Below, in pieces: positions 13,201-28,200 of a stretch of DNA of 64,000 nucleotides. The notes beneath the pieces were generated by a model, which did not search any database, had not been told where the DNA came from, and was given only the letters and a program-made list of their open reading frames with translations. The stretch comes from Octopus sinensis. Its lineage: Eukaryota. The DNA lies in the NCBI RefSeq assembly GCF_006345805.1, contig NC_043002.1:744001-808000 (forward strand), written 5' to 3'. A program made the translations under genes and the position numbers. Position 1 is the first letter of the stretch, and the number at the start of each line of letters is the position of its first letter.

Positions 13201-16200
13201 CAAACAACAGCTTAATAAAGGTAAAGTTATTTAAAAAATTTTTTCTTTCATTCAAAATTCACTGAAATAAGGACATTGTTTTTTTAAAAAACATATAGTA
13301 AGAAACAGGTTAACCAAAGGATGCTAAAAGCATTAAGTGAGCTTAGTTCTATTTTCCAGCCTCGGCTATTTTGAACTCACCGTTAATTCCATGGATACAT
13401 AATGGACACAACATACTAAAACTGTAAAATTCCTGTAGAACCCAAACAAATCTCCTTTGTTAACAACTGGATACAATTATTGCAAGCTAACATCTGTTCA
13501 AAGAATGGTATAGTAACTCTGTAGCATTCAAATCATTCTACCAAATGTATTTTCATTTATTAACATTGAATTTATCATGCATTATCTCATAGATTTGAGA
13601 TTTCAGAATGAAGGAGGTGAGAGAAGCCAGATCTGGCCAGTTTGAGCTTAAAGCAGAAAGAATATTTAGGCCAGATATGGCTGGTTTAAAGGCTAAAGGA
13701 TTAAAGCACAACATTCAGCCAACTGAATAATTAAAATGTAAAAACTTTTCATGATTAACAGCAATATTTCCCAACAAAAAATTAAAAGTGATTAACTTCA
13801 TCTGTAAAAAGTCCACCCTTGCACAATGGATTCAATATGATAAAAACCCAAAAACTTGGCTTCCTCATCTAAACACTTCTGTTTGCATCTCAACCATCCT
13901 TCTTTAGTCTTCTTCACTCACTCTCCTTCAATCGCCTATCCCTGCAATGAGTTCCAAAGTGCACGCTGGGATCCATCAGAATGAGATGAATCACAATTAA
14001 ATATCACATAAAATTGAAAGAAAGAAATTATACTGATAAATCAAAATGTCTTATAAAAAAAAGAAAAGATGACTATTATTATTAAAAGGATACGTTTAAT
14101 ACAATGGTTTGTGCAAGGGAGAGCTTTCTTATTGCATTTACCATCATCCTCATTTCGATAGCAACAGAATCTCTTCCTTAAACCAGACATTTTGTGCCTG
14201 AAAAGAAAACTGAAATTAGTACAGAATCAACAGAAACATTCTGAAAAATAGTCATAGGGCTAGTTTCCTTGTTTCTGTGGTGTATATATTCCCCACTAGA
14301 CAGGATGGAATAGACTTTAAAAATTTACATATCTAAATAATTTTTGTGCAAATTTTTTAAAAAACTCCTACAAAAATTACCCATTACAAGGGGTGCTGAA
14401 AAGTTCCTAGCTTCAAGGGTAGAGCAGCTACCTTTACAGGAGAGGTAGGGCAACTAATACATATATATATAGCAAGACCAATCCTTATGACATGTCTGTT
14501 ATCAAACACTCATTGAAACCTTTTTTTTTTTTTTCAGATGCTGAATAACATTTTCCCTCCACATATCCCTTTCCAAGTTTTCAGAGTTGGCACTGCCAAT
14601 GTGGGCACATTGAAAGGTAGGTCTTGTGAGATTGTTGAGATGCTTGTTGATGCATGTTGCATTCAAGAGGTAAGATGGAGGGGAGCATCAGCCAGGTTAC
14701 TCACAGGCAAGACACATAGGTATAAACACTTCAAGCTAACAGTGACAGGGTAGGTGGTGTGGACATACTTCTTGCAAAGAAATGGGTGGATAAGGTCACA
14801 GAGTGTGTGATAGAGTACTTAAGCTCAGGCTACTTTTGCAGAATAGTACAGTGACAATTATCTCAGCCTGTGCCCACTAAGTGGGCCTACCAAATGAATA
14901 AAAGGAGCACTTTTACAATATCCTTCTACAGGCTACCTCAAAGACGAATGACAGTGACCACATCTTTGTGGCTGGGGAGTTCAATGGGCATGTCTGGCAG
15001 CAGCCCAGTATCTTCCATGGTGTACATGGAGGCCATGGAATTGGTTCTCAGAACGAAGAGGGGAACAAGGCTACTGGAGTTTTGTGATGCAAATAACATA
15101 TCAATTTGTAACACCTACTTCAGGAAACTAGTCAGTCACCTAGTTACCTATGAATCGGGTAACCACACTAGTCAGATCAATTACATTCTCATCAGATAGC
15201 AAGATACATGGTTGCTCATAAATGCAAAGATCTTCTCTGGTGAAGAATGTACTTCACAACATAGACTAGTCAGAAGTGACTTTAGACTCAGGCCAGAAGG
15301 GTGCCACAAAGACCTATCTGGAAAAGAATGATGTGGAAGCTTAAGGATCCTCTGTATGATCAAAGATTTAAGGACATCCTAATTGAGAAATTTGATGAGG
15401 AGGAGGAACTACAGACTTGTAATACAGAGGGCAGCTGGGAATTCATTCGAGACAGCTTGCTGAGTGCAATAGACCAAATCTGTTGCTGGTGCAAAGTCTT
15501 ATTCGACCTAGGGTGATGTGGTGGTGGAACAATGCTGTAGACAAGGCCATTGGAGTAAAGAAACAGGCCTGGAAGAGTGGGAGTAGCAGAAAGCTAAGAG
15601 GCAGGTATATTTAGCTAGAGAAGTAACAGAAAAGAAGTTTGCTAATGTTCTGTGACACGAAGACCAAAGACATGAAATGTTTTGGTTTGAAAGACAGCGT
15701 GTGAGAGAAAATCATGATGTGGTAGGAGAGAAATGTGTCCACATGAAAGATGGTTCACTTGCATTGAATGATTCCACAAAGAAAAAGGTTTAGAAACGCC
15801 ATTATGAAAGTCTACTAAAAACAAAGCAATGTATTTGAACAGGAATATGGCAATGAAAGTGTTAGAAAGAAGCTTCAAACACTTGTCAAATAAGTAATTT
15901 TGGGATTCTTTTCATTATGTACAAAGACAATTTACACAGAAGAAGGATATAATGGGATCTACTTTCCTTCTCTAGGAACAAGACCTGAAACTTTTGAGGA
16001 GGGGGGGCCAGTGGATTAGATTGACCCCAGTACGTAACTGGTACTTAATTTATCCACCCCGAAAGGATGAAAGGCAAAGTCAATCTTGGCGGAATTTGAA
16101 CTCAGATGAAATATCGCTAAGCATTTTGCCCAGTGTGCTACCGGTTCTGCCAGTTTACCACCTTCAATATATTCTAATGTAATTAAACAACTGGATATGG

Positions 16201-19200
16201 TGATGCATATGAAGACCAGTAGAATCTTATACCTGCTATATTGAACTATTATGTGTTATAGAAATATTGTCTGTCAAATCATTTTTTGCCATAGATTTGT
16301 GAATTAGTTACATTTTAAAACAATAATTACAAATAGCAAACAAAAAATTCTAATTTAATACAAATAGAATTCCTGCATTTTGTACTAATTTTATTTTTCC
16401 CCGCAAATTCTTATCAAGCAAAAACAACTTACACATTACATTTCTTCTGCGGTTTGTTAAGCACAAAATGTAAAGACTTGAGAGCAGCAGGAGGCTTATC
16501 CCGTAAGGCATGAATCAAAGCAAGAGTTGCTTTATTCTTATTTAACTGAATATTTGCATTGAAGCAACCAGCAACTTGAGATTGAACAACATGACGCCGT
16601 AATCGTGCACGTCGGATGGCCAATTTTCTGCTCCGATAATGAGGGGACAGATTTCTAAAACAGAAATAAAATAAATAAAAAATGAAATATATATATATAA
16701 TATTATATACATACACACATTTCAGTAACAATAACTGCACATCTCAAACAATTTCATGAAGTTTATTAAATGTTTTCAAGTGAAATATTTCAGGAGTTAA
16801 AAGCTGCTTGGCATAAGAACTAGGTCATCATTCAATCAGTTTTTGATCTATAACAGCTAAAAAAAAAAATTCAATTTTTGACAAATGAATTATGTTGACA
16901 TCATGAGGTAGTCTTTCCATTAAAAAAATGTAAACGTCAGAGTTACTTACTCATCTTTAACATCTTCATCAGATGATAAAACTAACCAATCATTCTGCCA
17001 GGGTAAGTGTTCGTCCTCACTATTTTCTTCATCTTCAGAACTATTCAAGCCTATTTAAATGAAATAAACAATCAAATCATCATCTCCACGCTACATCATA
17101 GAGACATACATACATACATATATATAAAATCATCATTTTTATGTCTAATTTCGCTGCTGGCAAGTTATCACAGCTCAAGTAATTTCTTACTGGGAGCTGC
17201 TGTTTCCATTGACTGGTGCTCTTGCATCCTATCTGGCTTGGCTTCTAAGACTGGATGCTCTCCTACTATCAACCACTTTATGAGGTGTACTGGGTGTATT
17301 TTTTGTGGAACCAGTATTAGAAAGAATAGCTAAATAGGCTTCAGAACTCTACACATTTTCTGCTCATCTGCCAGTGTGTACACTCAGTGTGTACTGGGTG
17401 CATTTCATAGTATCAGCACCAGAAATTGTCTTACTCACCAATCACTTGTAACTGATGGGATAAGATAAGGAGTAGGTGATAGTTGGCAATAGAAGTACCC
17501 TGCAATGGCTGGTAGTAGAGAAGGGCAAAAAGGGGTAAAGGAGATGTACTAAAGAGAAGGAATTATAGAGGGATGAGGGAGATCCAGAGATCCAAGGCAG
17601 TCTCTTATACAAAGGCCTTGAGGGTGGACCAATGCAATTTCTGGGGTGGGTGAGTTAGCTGGTGGAGAGAGATGATAAATAGAGTAATGGAGGTGGCTGA
17701 GAGGAGGGGCAGCAAAATGTATGAGGTACACTTGAGCAGAGTATAAAAAAATCTCAAACTCTAAAACACTACTTTTCTATCAGGATGTGTTTTGCTGTGG
17801 ATGGTAGGAACTTCCACAGCATCACTTGTTGCAACATCTTCAGCTTGGCCTTCCCTACTTCATCTCAAGTCTTCCTTAGTATCCTTCTTTCATTAATGTG
17901 AAACTCTTGGTGCTTCTTCACCAAGCAGCAGTTATCCTCCATACACATCACATATCCATACCAGTGCAATCTTCTTTCTAGCATACTCCACTTGATTCCT
18001 CCTAAGGCCAGTTTTTCTCTTAATTCATTTGTATTCTGGTCTTCCATACTCAGCAGGGTATCTTTGCTTCATTCTTTCCCAGCCTTTGCCAATCGTTTGC
18101 ATTTAAGACTGACATCTCACAACCAGGCAACACCACAGATCACACATAAACATCATACAATCTGCTCTTCATTCTGAAGGGAAAAAACTTTTGTTGCTAA
18201 CAGAGGTTGCTCCTTGAACCTTTTCTTATCCAGGTCGCTACACTTTCTGAACGATTACTTCCTCTGCCAATTATGTCACCTGGATAACAGAAGCTAACAA
18301 CTACTTCAACTGAATCAGCTTAAGTGCATCTGCCACATAAAAGCTTACCTTCATTGTTAGCCAGCCAGTGATTCCACTATGTCTCTTGATTACAGTATAT
18401 GGAGCTCCTACCGGCACCTTAACTGCATATCAAGCAAGGACATCTCTCTAATATCAGACTGTAGTCTCTGCTATGTTTAATTTGAGGCCTTCTGATTCTA
18501 GGTTTTGCCTCCATACCTTGAATATCCACTCTAATTCCACTATAGATTCAGTTATAAGAACTACACTATCAGTGTATAGATCTCACAAGCAGCCAGTCTT
18601 AAACTCCTCTGTGATGGCTAGTAGGGCACTGTGGTGAATCAGTGGTGGCTGAGGACTCAGCCCTGTTACATCCCTATCTTTATGCTTTGTTGCTGAACTC
18701 AAGTTAACTCTCACTTTATTTATTACATCTTTGTACAGTAAACTAGAAAAAAAAACTGCCATATGTATCTACAATTAACTATTGAAATGCCAACAAGGCA
18801 GAAAAAAAAAAGACATCCTCAGATATTGAAAAATATACTTTACTAGGGCAAAATTTCATAAACATGTTTCCAATCCCATTGTTAGAAAACAACAGAAGAA
18901 TATATTGTGGTACTTGCTTATATTTGAGTTTGAAGATAGAGAAAGAGAGCTTCACTTGTAACTCTCAGAATTGAATGTCTGAGAACCGAATAGCATGGAT
19001 GTCCAGGAAAACTACACAAAGCAGATTGTCATTGAAGAAACAGCAGCAGTCAATCATTTAGGAAAATACTAGACAAATTCCAAAAAGCACCGTTCAAGTG
19101 TTGGGTCTCCTGGAGGCAGTGACAGGCAACCGAGACCTTAGACTATACACTGTGCCTGTGTAGACCTGCCAAGCCAAGTGAAATGGTACTTGTGGCCAAT

Positions 19201-22200
19201 GCCGGTGTCATGGCAACTGTCACCTGTACCGGTGGCACGTAAAAAGCAACCACTACACATTCTTGGAGTGGTTGGTCTTAAGGAGGGCATCCAACCATAG
19301 AAACCTTGCCAAATCAGATTGGAACCTGGTGCAGCTCCCCAGCTTACTAGTTTTCAGTCAAACCGTCCAACCCATGCCAGCATGGAAAGCAGACATTAAA
19401 CAATGATGATGATGATGATGATGATATACAGCAATATGTGCAGTAAAGAACCTCCCAAATTTTAAAATATTCCTTATTTTGTATGCTCAGGCTCAATCAA
19501 CTACAGTGTTACAACAAATTACTGAAGTAAAAGAACATACTAAGAAATACAAAACACACTAAAACACTTACTAGGAAAAGAACGCTATTAAGAAAAGATA
19601 AGCACTGCAAAGTTTTTTTTTAAATATTTAAAATCATAACTTTTTTTCTTAAAAATACTTAAAATATATTCTCCATGAAAAGCTCAGAGAAATAAACCAG
19701 GAAGATAACACTAAAGTCTGATCTTGCATGCAGACAATTGTGGAGTAGCAATAATCTGATGTTGACTTGGAAAAGACATCATTGAACAATATCTTGAATA
19801 AGCAAGTAACCCTCCTGAAGGGCAACACTGCTTGCTGCTCCACATAGGGAATGGCCTACGAAAGTTAGCCAAACCCAAACTTGTTACCATTTCCCAAGTT
19901 CACTAGATGCAGCAAATAGACATCTTTAAATACAATGTAATGGCAACAAATAAACACAGAAAAGATATACACCTGCCTCACAAGGTGTGCAAGAATACAA
20001 GTGAGCATGCAGGAAAATCATAACCATGTCCAGTATGCAGATTGTAGTTGCCTAGAAAGGCATTCTGTCCTGATTGCTTATAAACTTTCAAGAGGAAGAC
20101 AGTCTTCAATAACATGGTGTCTGCAATTTCTATTGCTCTTACAAACTGAAAGACATCTTCCTAGAGTTGTAATTTCCTAAATAACCAAGTACCAGTGAGA
20201 GCCTGAATTTTTAATTTTTGGCAACAAATAGCAATACTACACATAGCACCATAATGTATGCAACTTTCGATAACTTCCATTGCATCTCTTAACACTTTCG
20301 TTACTAACCCGGCTGAAAAATTTTTTGGTTCATAATACCAACCCGGCCGTAGCCAGCCGAGAGAACCTATTGTTATTTAAATGTAAATCTGAACCCAAAT
20401 CTCGTTGGTACATTCGTTAAAACATGTGTTTTCACTTTGTAAATAGTTGGCTATTAGTATCCGACATTGCTTGACATGATATCTCAACTCAGTGAATTTT
20501 GGGAGATTCTTTTCCACATTTTTTGCGGCATCGTTTTTTCTTCAACTTTGAAAATGGATAGGAGTTTCATGTTATCAAGCATTGATTCCGAATTTAAAGC
20601 TTTTTGCAAAGGAAAATAGGGAGATATCGAGAAAAAGAATGAATGAGGTACAAAAGCACGTGGTGTACAATAATGAATAGGATATTTCTTTATCCGAAAC
20701 CGAAAGCAGCAATTCCAAAGAAACAAAGTGGCGATAGCGACAGCAAAGACGATTTTACATCGGAATGAAGTAAAAAACTTTAAAAATGTTTTTATTAGCA
20801 ATTTTTCTGAGGAGATAGAGTTTATCTATAGTCTTTCTTAGGAAGCGAAACCATTAGACTTTCATTTTTTTCAGTATGCTTGTTCGGAGCAATCACTGTG
20901 GAAGCAAACTGTTTCGCAGATTGTAAACAAACACAAAATGGGGGATCAAAATTCGGAAAATTTGTGAAGCAAATACTGGGTACTGTTGTGGATTTAGTTT
21001 TTATACAGGGAAAATAGTATTAGTCAGCATGTCTTAGGGTACGATGTAGTCTCGAAGTTATTGTTTGAAGCGATCACTGCGGAAACAAATTTACGCAGAA
21101 TGTAAACAAACACAAAATGGGGGATCAAAATTTGGAAAATTTGTGAAGCAAACACTGGGTACTGTTGTGGATTTAGTTTTTATACAGGGAAACTAATGTT
21201 AGTCAGCATGGCCTAGGGAACGATGAGGTCTGGAATTTATCACTTCCATACCATAACCAGGGCCGTATATTATTTTTTGACCCATTTCTTTAGTTCGGTC
21301 AAACTTGCGGTGGATTTAGATGGATTCCAGTATTTCAGTTTATTCCACCTTTATGGTACACCTGTTCTGTTGTGCATGAAATTCAACTGATGATCTAGTG
21401 ATGTGCACAATTCTTCTTTATCAAAATTTTGTTGCATACCCAATTGAGTATTAGCTGATGATTCATTTTCTATGGTGATGTTTAAACAAAATTTTAATAT
21501 TTTTACTTTTTGCTCAATTTAAAGGTGGATGCTCTGAGAGCATAGCTGCTAAAATAAGAATAAGCTGGGCAAAGTTCAGAGAGCTTCTACTTCTGTTGGT
21601 AACAAAGGGCCTGTCCTTCAGAGTGAAAGGGGATGAGGTGGTGAAGATGTTGGGTCTCATGAAGGTGAGGGCTGAGCTGGTGAAGCATGAGCTTTGAATG
21701 TTGGGCCTCCCGGATGTGAGGAACATGGTGGTGATTCATCACTTTCGAATGTTGGGCCTCACAGAGGCACCCATGGAATCGTGGTCAGAGCCATTGCCAG
21801 TGTCATGTCAGTGGCACCCATTACACTCTTGAAGTGATTGGTGTTAGGAAAGGCATCCAGCTGTAGAAACCTTGCCAAATCAGACTGGAACCTGGTGCAG
21901 CTCCCCAGCTTACCAGTTCCAGTGAAACCATCTAACCCTTCCCAGCATGGAAAGCAGACATTCATCATCATCATCATCATCGTTTAACATCCAGTTTCCA
22001 TGCTGGCATGGGTTGGATGATTTGACTTGAGGACTGGTGAACCAGATGCCTGTACCAGGCTCCAATCTTATCTTGTACAGTTTCTACCGCTGGATGCCCT
22101 TCCTAATGCCAACCACTCCGAGAGTGTAATGGATGCTTTTATATGTCACCAGCACGAGGGCCAGTCAGGTGGTACTGGCAACGTCCACGCTCAAGAAGTG

Positions 22201-25200
22201 CCACCTGCACAGGAGCCAGTCCAGCGGCACTTGCAACAACCTTGCTCGAATGGTGCTTTTTACGTGCCACCAGCACAGAAGCCTGTCAGCGATCACACTT
22301 GGATGGTGCTGAGCACTCCACTGGCACAGGTGCCAGTCATCAAATTTGTGAATTTGATTTGATTTCAATTTCACTTGCCTCAACAGGTCTTCACAAGCAG
22401 AGTTTTAGTGTCCACTGAAGGAAAGATATGCATAAGTGGGTTGGTTACACCCCTGGCATAGGCCACAGATTATGGTCTCGCTTGGCTTGCCAGGTCTTCT
22501 CATGCACTGCATATTTCCAAAGGTCCCGGTCACTTGTCATTGCCTCGGTGGCGCCTAATGTTTGAAGGTTGTGCTTTATCACTTCATGCCAGGTCTTCCT
22601 GGGTCTACCTCTTCCATGGGTTCCCTCAACTGCTAGAGTGTGCCACTTTTTCACACAGCTATCCTCATCCATTCTCACCAAATGACCATACCAGTGCAGT
22701 CATCTCTCTTGCACACCACATCTGATGCTTCTTAGGTCCAACTTTTCTCTCAAGGTACTTACACTCTCTCGAGTATGCACACTGACATTACACATCCATC
22801 AGATCATACTGGCTTCATTCCTTGTGAGCTTATGCATGTCCTCAGCAGTCACAGCCCATGTTTCACTGCCATGTAGCACGGCTGTTCGTACACAAGCATC
22901 ATACAGTCTACCTTTTACTCTGAACGAGAGGCCCTTTGTCACCAGCAGAGGTAATAGCTCTCTGAACTTTGCCTAAGCCCTTCTTATTCTAGCAGCTACA
23001 CTTTCAGTGCACCCCCCTCCGCTACTGACTTGGTCACCTAGGTAACAGAAGCAATCAACTACTTCTAGTTTTTCTCCCTGGAATGTGGTGGAAGTTGGTC
23101 TCTGAACATTTTCGGTGTTTATCCCTCCTGAGCATCTGCCACATACAAAAACTATCTTCCCAGTTAGCCTTCCTTTGATATTGCTGCACCTCTTATGTGT
23201 CCATAGCTTACACTGGGTACATCTTAGTTTCTACATACGCCTCTACTACAGATCGAGCAGAGCCATCTACCTGAAGGAATTTGTGGTTTGCCTGCCTTCC
23301 TACTTATTAGGACTTTGGTTTTAGTTAGGTTGATTCTAAGGTCCTTCGATTCTAATCCTTGTTTCCACACTTGAAACTTCTCTAGTTTTGATAGTGACTC
23401 AGCAATTAGAGCAAGGTCATCAGCATAGAGGAGCTCCCAGGGGCATCCTGTCTTGAATTCTTCCGTTATTGCCTGGAGGGCTATGATAAATAGGAGGGGG
23501 CTGAAGACTGAACCTTGGTGGACACCAACCTCTACCCGGAATTCTTCACTGTACTCATTGCCAACCCTCACCTTACTTACAGCATCCCTGTACATGGCTT
23601 GTACAGCTCTCACTAACCATTCATCTATCCCTAGTTTCCTCATTGACCACCAGATAAGGGATCGGGGGACCCTGTCAAAGGCTTTCTCCATGTCAACGAA
23701 AGCCAGGTACAGGGGCTTATCTTTGGCTAGGTATTTTTCCTGCAGCTGTCTTACCAGAAATATAGCATCAGTGGTACTTTTCCCTGGCACGAACCCAAAC
23801 TGCATCTCATCCAAGCTGACTCTCTCCCTAATCAGTTGGGCTATGACCCTCTCCGTAACCTTCATTACCTGATCCAACAGCTTGATACCTCTGTAATTAT
23901 TTGTATCTAGGGCATCACCTTTACCTTTGTAGCCGCTAACTATTATGCTGCCACACCAGTCATTGGGTATGACTCCTTCATGTATCACCTGGTTAACTAT
24001 ATGGGTGACTAGGCTATAGCCGACACTCAATTTTGGTAAAGCCAAGGCCTTCAGTTGTTTATTGCTTCAATTTTTAAGAGCATTATCCCCAGCCTAGCCT
24101 TCCTACAAACAACAGCTAAGCACTCTTTAAACTCTCCTTATCATTTTAGAAAAAAAACACCTTGTATAGTACCTTGATATACTTTGTCTAGAGAAAAAGG
24201 TGAGATAGATGAAATGCCTTTAATCATTTCTCTGTGGATGAGGACTGGCCTGGTGGATAAGTTTAAAAATCTCTCCTTCATTTCAGATTATGAAAGAACA
24301 TTCTATAAAACAGCCGATGATAGCAAAAATATGTTTCCTTAACCATTCTTGCTGTTATTTTTGAAATAACAATAGTATTTCATTCTTAAATCCTACAGCA
24401 AAAGTTGAGACAGCTTCAGCTAGAATGTTAGCTGAATAATTGTGTGATGAACCTCCACTATACAATAGGTTCGTCTACATTCTCTGATCACTAGAAAATT
24501 AAAGAACAAGTCATACACCTTAGTATACAATATGAATGGCCCGTCAAGCCAAGTGAGATTGTAGTCATGGCTGATGCTAGTGTCATGTAAGTGGCCCATT
24601 AAAAGCACCCTTTGATTGTCGGGCAATATGCTATGCTTGTGAAGATCTGTCAAGCCAAGTGAAATCGTAACTGTGGCCAATGCCCGTGTCGTCTGGCTGA
24701 CACCTGTGCCAGTGGCATGTAAAAGGCACTGTTTGAGCGTTGGGCCTCTTGGAGGCAGTGACAGGTGACCAAGACCTTAGGTAATATACTGTGTTTGTGT
24801 TTACCTGTGAAACCATAGTCATGGCCAATGCTGGTGTCAGGTCAGTGGCACCTGTGCTGGTGGTATGTAAATAACACTCACTACACTCTTGGAGTGGTTG
24901 GTGTTAGGAAAGGATCCAGCCATAGAAACCTTGCCAAATCAGATCGGAACCTAACACAGTTTTCAGTCAAACCATCCAACCCATGCCAGCATGGAAAGTG
25001 GATGTTGAATGATGATGATGATGATGATGATAACTGCTTGTTCAAAAGGGTATCTCCTCTTTCACTGTTATTTCTACATCCAATTACCTTTCTTAACTTC
25101 TTTTATACAGCTCTTTCTTTCACACATTTGTCACACTTCCTACCAAAATTCACAATGTGTTTTAATTCTTAGACTTCATACAAAATGCTTTATCCTCTCA

Positions 25201-28200
25201 TTTTATAGAACTTCATTACCTCTGCATCTTCCTTCCTGAATCCCTCTTCCACCCATTCAGCTTATTATAAAATGTGGACCCTGTTTTTCCATCTTGGATG
25301 AAAAAAAATATTTTGACAAAAATGCATGACGATGAAACCTAGAAACACTGGAAAAAGTCGTATAATAGTTGGAATAAGTAGAAGTAATCTGTGCAGACGA
25401 AAAGTGCAGACAAGCATTAACCCTTTCGTTACTATATTTCTGACCAAAATACACCCCTCATGAGTTTCAATTAAATTCTAAAATAATCATGAATTTAGGC
25501 TTGTTTCATTAAATAACTGTAACTTTTTTACTTATCAACATATTAATATGATATTTGGAACATAATTAAAGAAAGGGTTCTTAATCAATTCTATTGCATA
25601 ACTTTTGTCTCAAAGTAACTTTAATTACAGGTAAATCCAGGTAAATTGAGCAAAAGGTAAAGATATTAAAATTTTGTTTAAACATCACCATAGAAAATGA
25701 ATCATCAGCTAATACTCAATTGGGTATGCAACAAAATTTTGATAAAGAAGAATTGTGCACATCACTAGATCATCAGTTGAATTTCATGCACAACAGAACA
25801 GGTGTACCATAAAGGTGGAATAAACTGAAATACTGGAATCCATCTAAATCCACCGCAAGTTTGACCGAACTAAAGAAATCGGTCAAAAAATAATATACGG
25901 CCCTGGTTATGGTATGGAAGTGATAAATTCCAGACCTCATCGTTCCCTAGGCCATGCTGACTAACATTAGTTTCCCTGTATAAAAACTAAATCCACAACA
26001 GTACCCAGTATTTGCTTCACAAATTTTCCAAATTTTGATCCTCCATTTTGTGTTTGTTTACATTCTGCGTAAATTTGTTTCCGCAGTGATCGCTTCAAAC
26101 AATAACTTCGAGACTACATCGTACCCTAAGCCATGCTGACTAATACTATTTTCCCTGTATAAAAACTAAATCCACAACAGTACCCAGTATTTGCTTCACA
26201 AATTTTCCGAATTTTGATCCCCCATTTTGTGTTTGTTTACAATCTGCGAAACAGTTTGCTTCCACAGTGATTGCTCCGAACAAGCATACTGAAAAAAATG
26301 AAAGTCTAATGGTTTCGCTTCCTAAGAAAGACTATAGATAAACTCTATCTCCTCAGAAAAATTGCTAATAAAAACATTTTTAAAGTTTTTTACTTCATTC
26401 TGATGTAAAATCGTCTTTGCTGTCGCTATCACCACTTTGTTTCTTTGGAATTGCTGCTTTCGGTTTCAGATAAAGAAATATCCTATTCATTATTGTACAC
26501 CACGTGCTTTTGTACCTCATTCATTCTTTTTCTCGATATCTCCCTATTTTCCTTTGCAAAAAGCTTTAAATTCGGAATCAATGCTTGATAACATGAAACT
26601 CCTATCCATTTTGAAAGTTGAAGAAAAATCGATGCCGAAAAGAATCTCCCAAAATTCACTGAGTTGAGATATCACGTCAAGCAATGTTGGATACTAATAG
26701 CCAACTATTTACAAAGTGAAAACACGTGTTTTAACAAATGTACCATCGAGATTTGGGTTCAAATTTACATTTAAATAACAATAGGTTCTCTCAGCCGGGT
26801 TAGTAACAAAAGGGTTAACCCTCCTCTGATATTGCTGCACCTCTTATGTGTCCATAGCTTGCACTGAGTACATCTTATAGAGTTTCTGCCTATGCCTTTC
26901 CTACACATTGAGCAGGGTCATCTACCTGAAGTGATTTGTGATTTGTCGAGGACTATGATGAACAAGAAGGGGCTGAGGACTGATCCTTGGTGAACCCCTA
27001 CTGGTACACTGAATTCATAGTTATACTTGTTGCTAGCCCTCACCTTACTAACAACATCTCTGTACATGGCTTGTATAGCTCTCACCAACCACTCATCTGT
27101 CCCTAGCTTCCACATTGACTGCCAGATAGAAGAGCAGATAACCCTGTCAAAGGCTTTCTCCGTGTCGACAAATTATTTTTAGCTCTGTGCTTATGCTGCA
27201 GCTGCCTTACCAGAAATTTAGCAACAGCAGCACTTCTCCCTGGCATAAATCCAAACTCCATCTCATCTATACTGAACTCTCATCCTAATTAGTTGAGCTT
27301 CAATTTTCATCACCTGATCCAACAATCTGATACCTCTGTAATTATTTCTGTCTAAGGCATCACCTTTACCTTTGTAGTTAACTATGATGCCACTACACCA
27401 GTCATGGGAATGACTCCTTTGTGCACAAGCTGATTAACTAAATAGGTGTTTTCAGAAACTTTATCTTTTAAAACTAAAATTTTGAATACTTGCTTAAAAT
27501 ATTACAAAATCAAATACAGAAAAGTTTCTTAGCTTTTCATATTTTGAAACAAGCAATAACATTGTCTCATAATATCAAAGAAAGAAGTCTGATTTGGGTT
27601 GGTAACATTGTATAGCTGGGTTCACAAGTTGTTTATTTAAATAGTGTTTACAACATCCATCTCTGCTCCAGAGAGAGAGAGATCGATCATCATCATTTAA
27701 CATTCATGATCCATGCTGGCATGGATTAGATTATCTCTATTTAAATAAGCAATACAAGAAATTGCCAGCAATTTATATTCTATTGTCATTTTCTTTTCAA
27801 TCACTACCAGCATCTTTTTCCCCCATTCCTCTCAATAAACTTTCAGTCAGCTATTGTCATGTGCATGACCTTTAGTGTGACAAATGCTGAACAACTGCTT
27901 ACCCCCCCCCCCCCCAAAAAAAAAAATTTAGCATGGTTAACTAAGGAATTCTCCCTTGCCATCAAACTGCCCACTAGTTTTGTGCCTTCTAAGATATGTT
28001 GAAAAACAAGGGCTAGTAACAGGAAGGGCCAGCTGGCTGTAAAACAATGCTTCAAGCATATTGTCAAATACAAGGTAGCATATTAAAAGATACATAAAAC
28101 AAACATACAATATATATATATATATATATATACATATATAGATGTTTCTAGAATAAGAATTGGGTAGAGGAATTTCAGAGAGCTATTACCTTTGTTGGCA

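Noticed and set aside
14505-14540. Poly-T plus CAG acceptor in front of the RTE endonuclease fragment, suggesting exonisation
   Set aside because: It is antisense to INO80D and the downstream frame is disrupted within about 70 codons.
20484-20801. ORFs inside the piggyBac-type elements (also 26437..26667)
   Set aside because: No DDD transposase motifs, and the two ORFs lie on the same strand of the element only because the copies are inverted.
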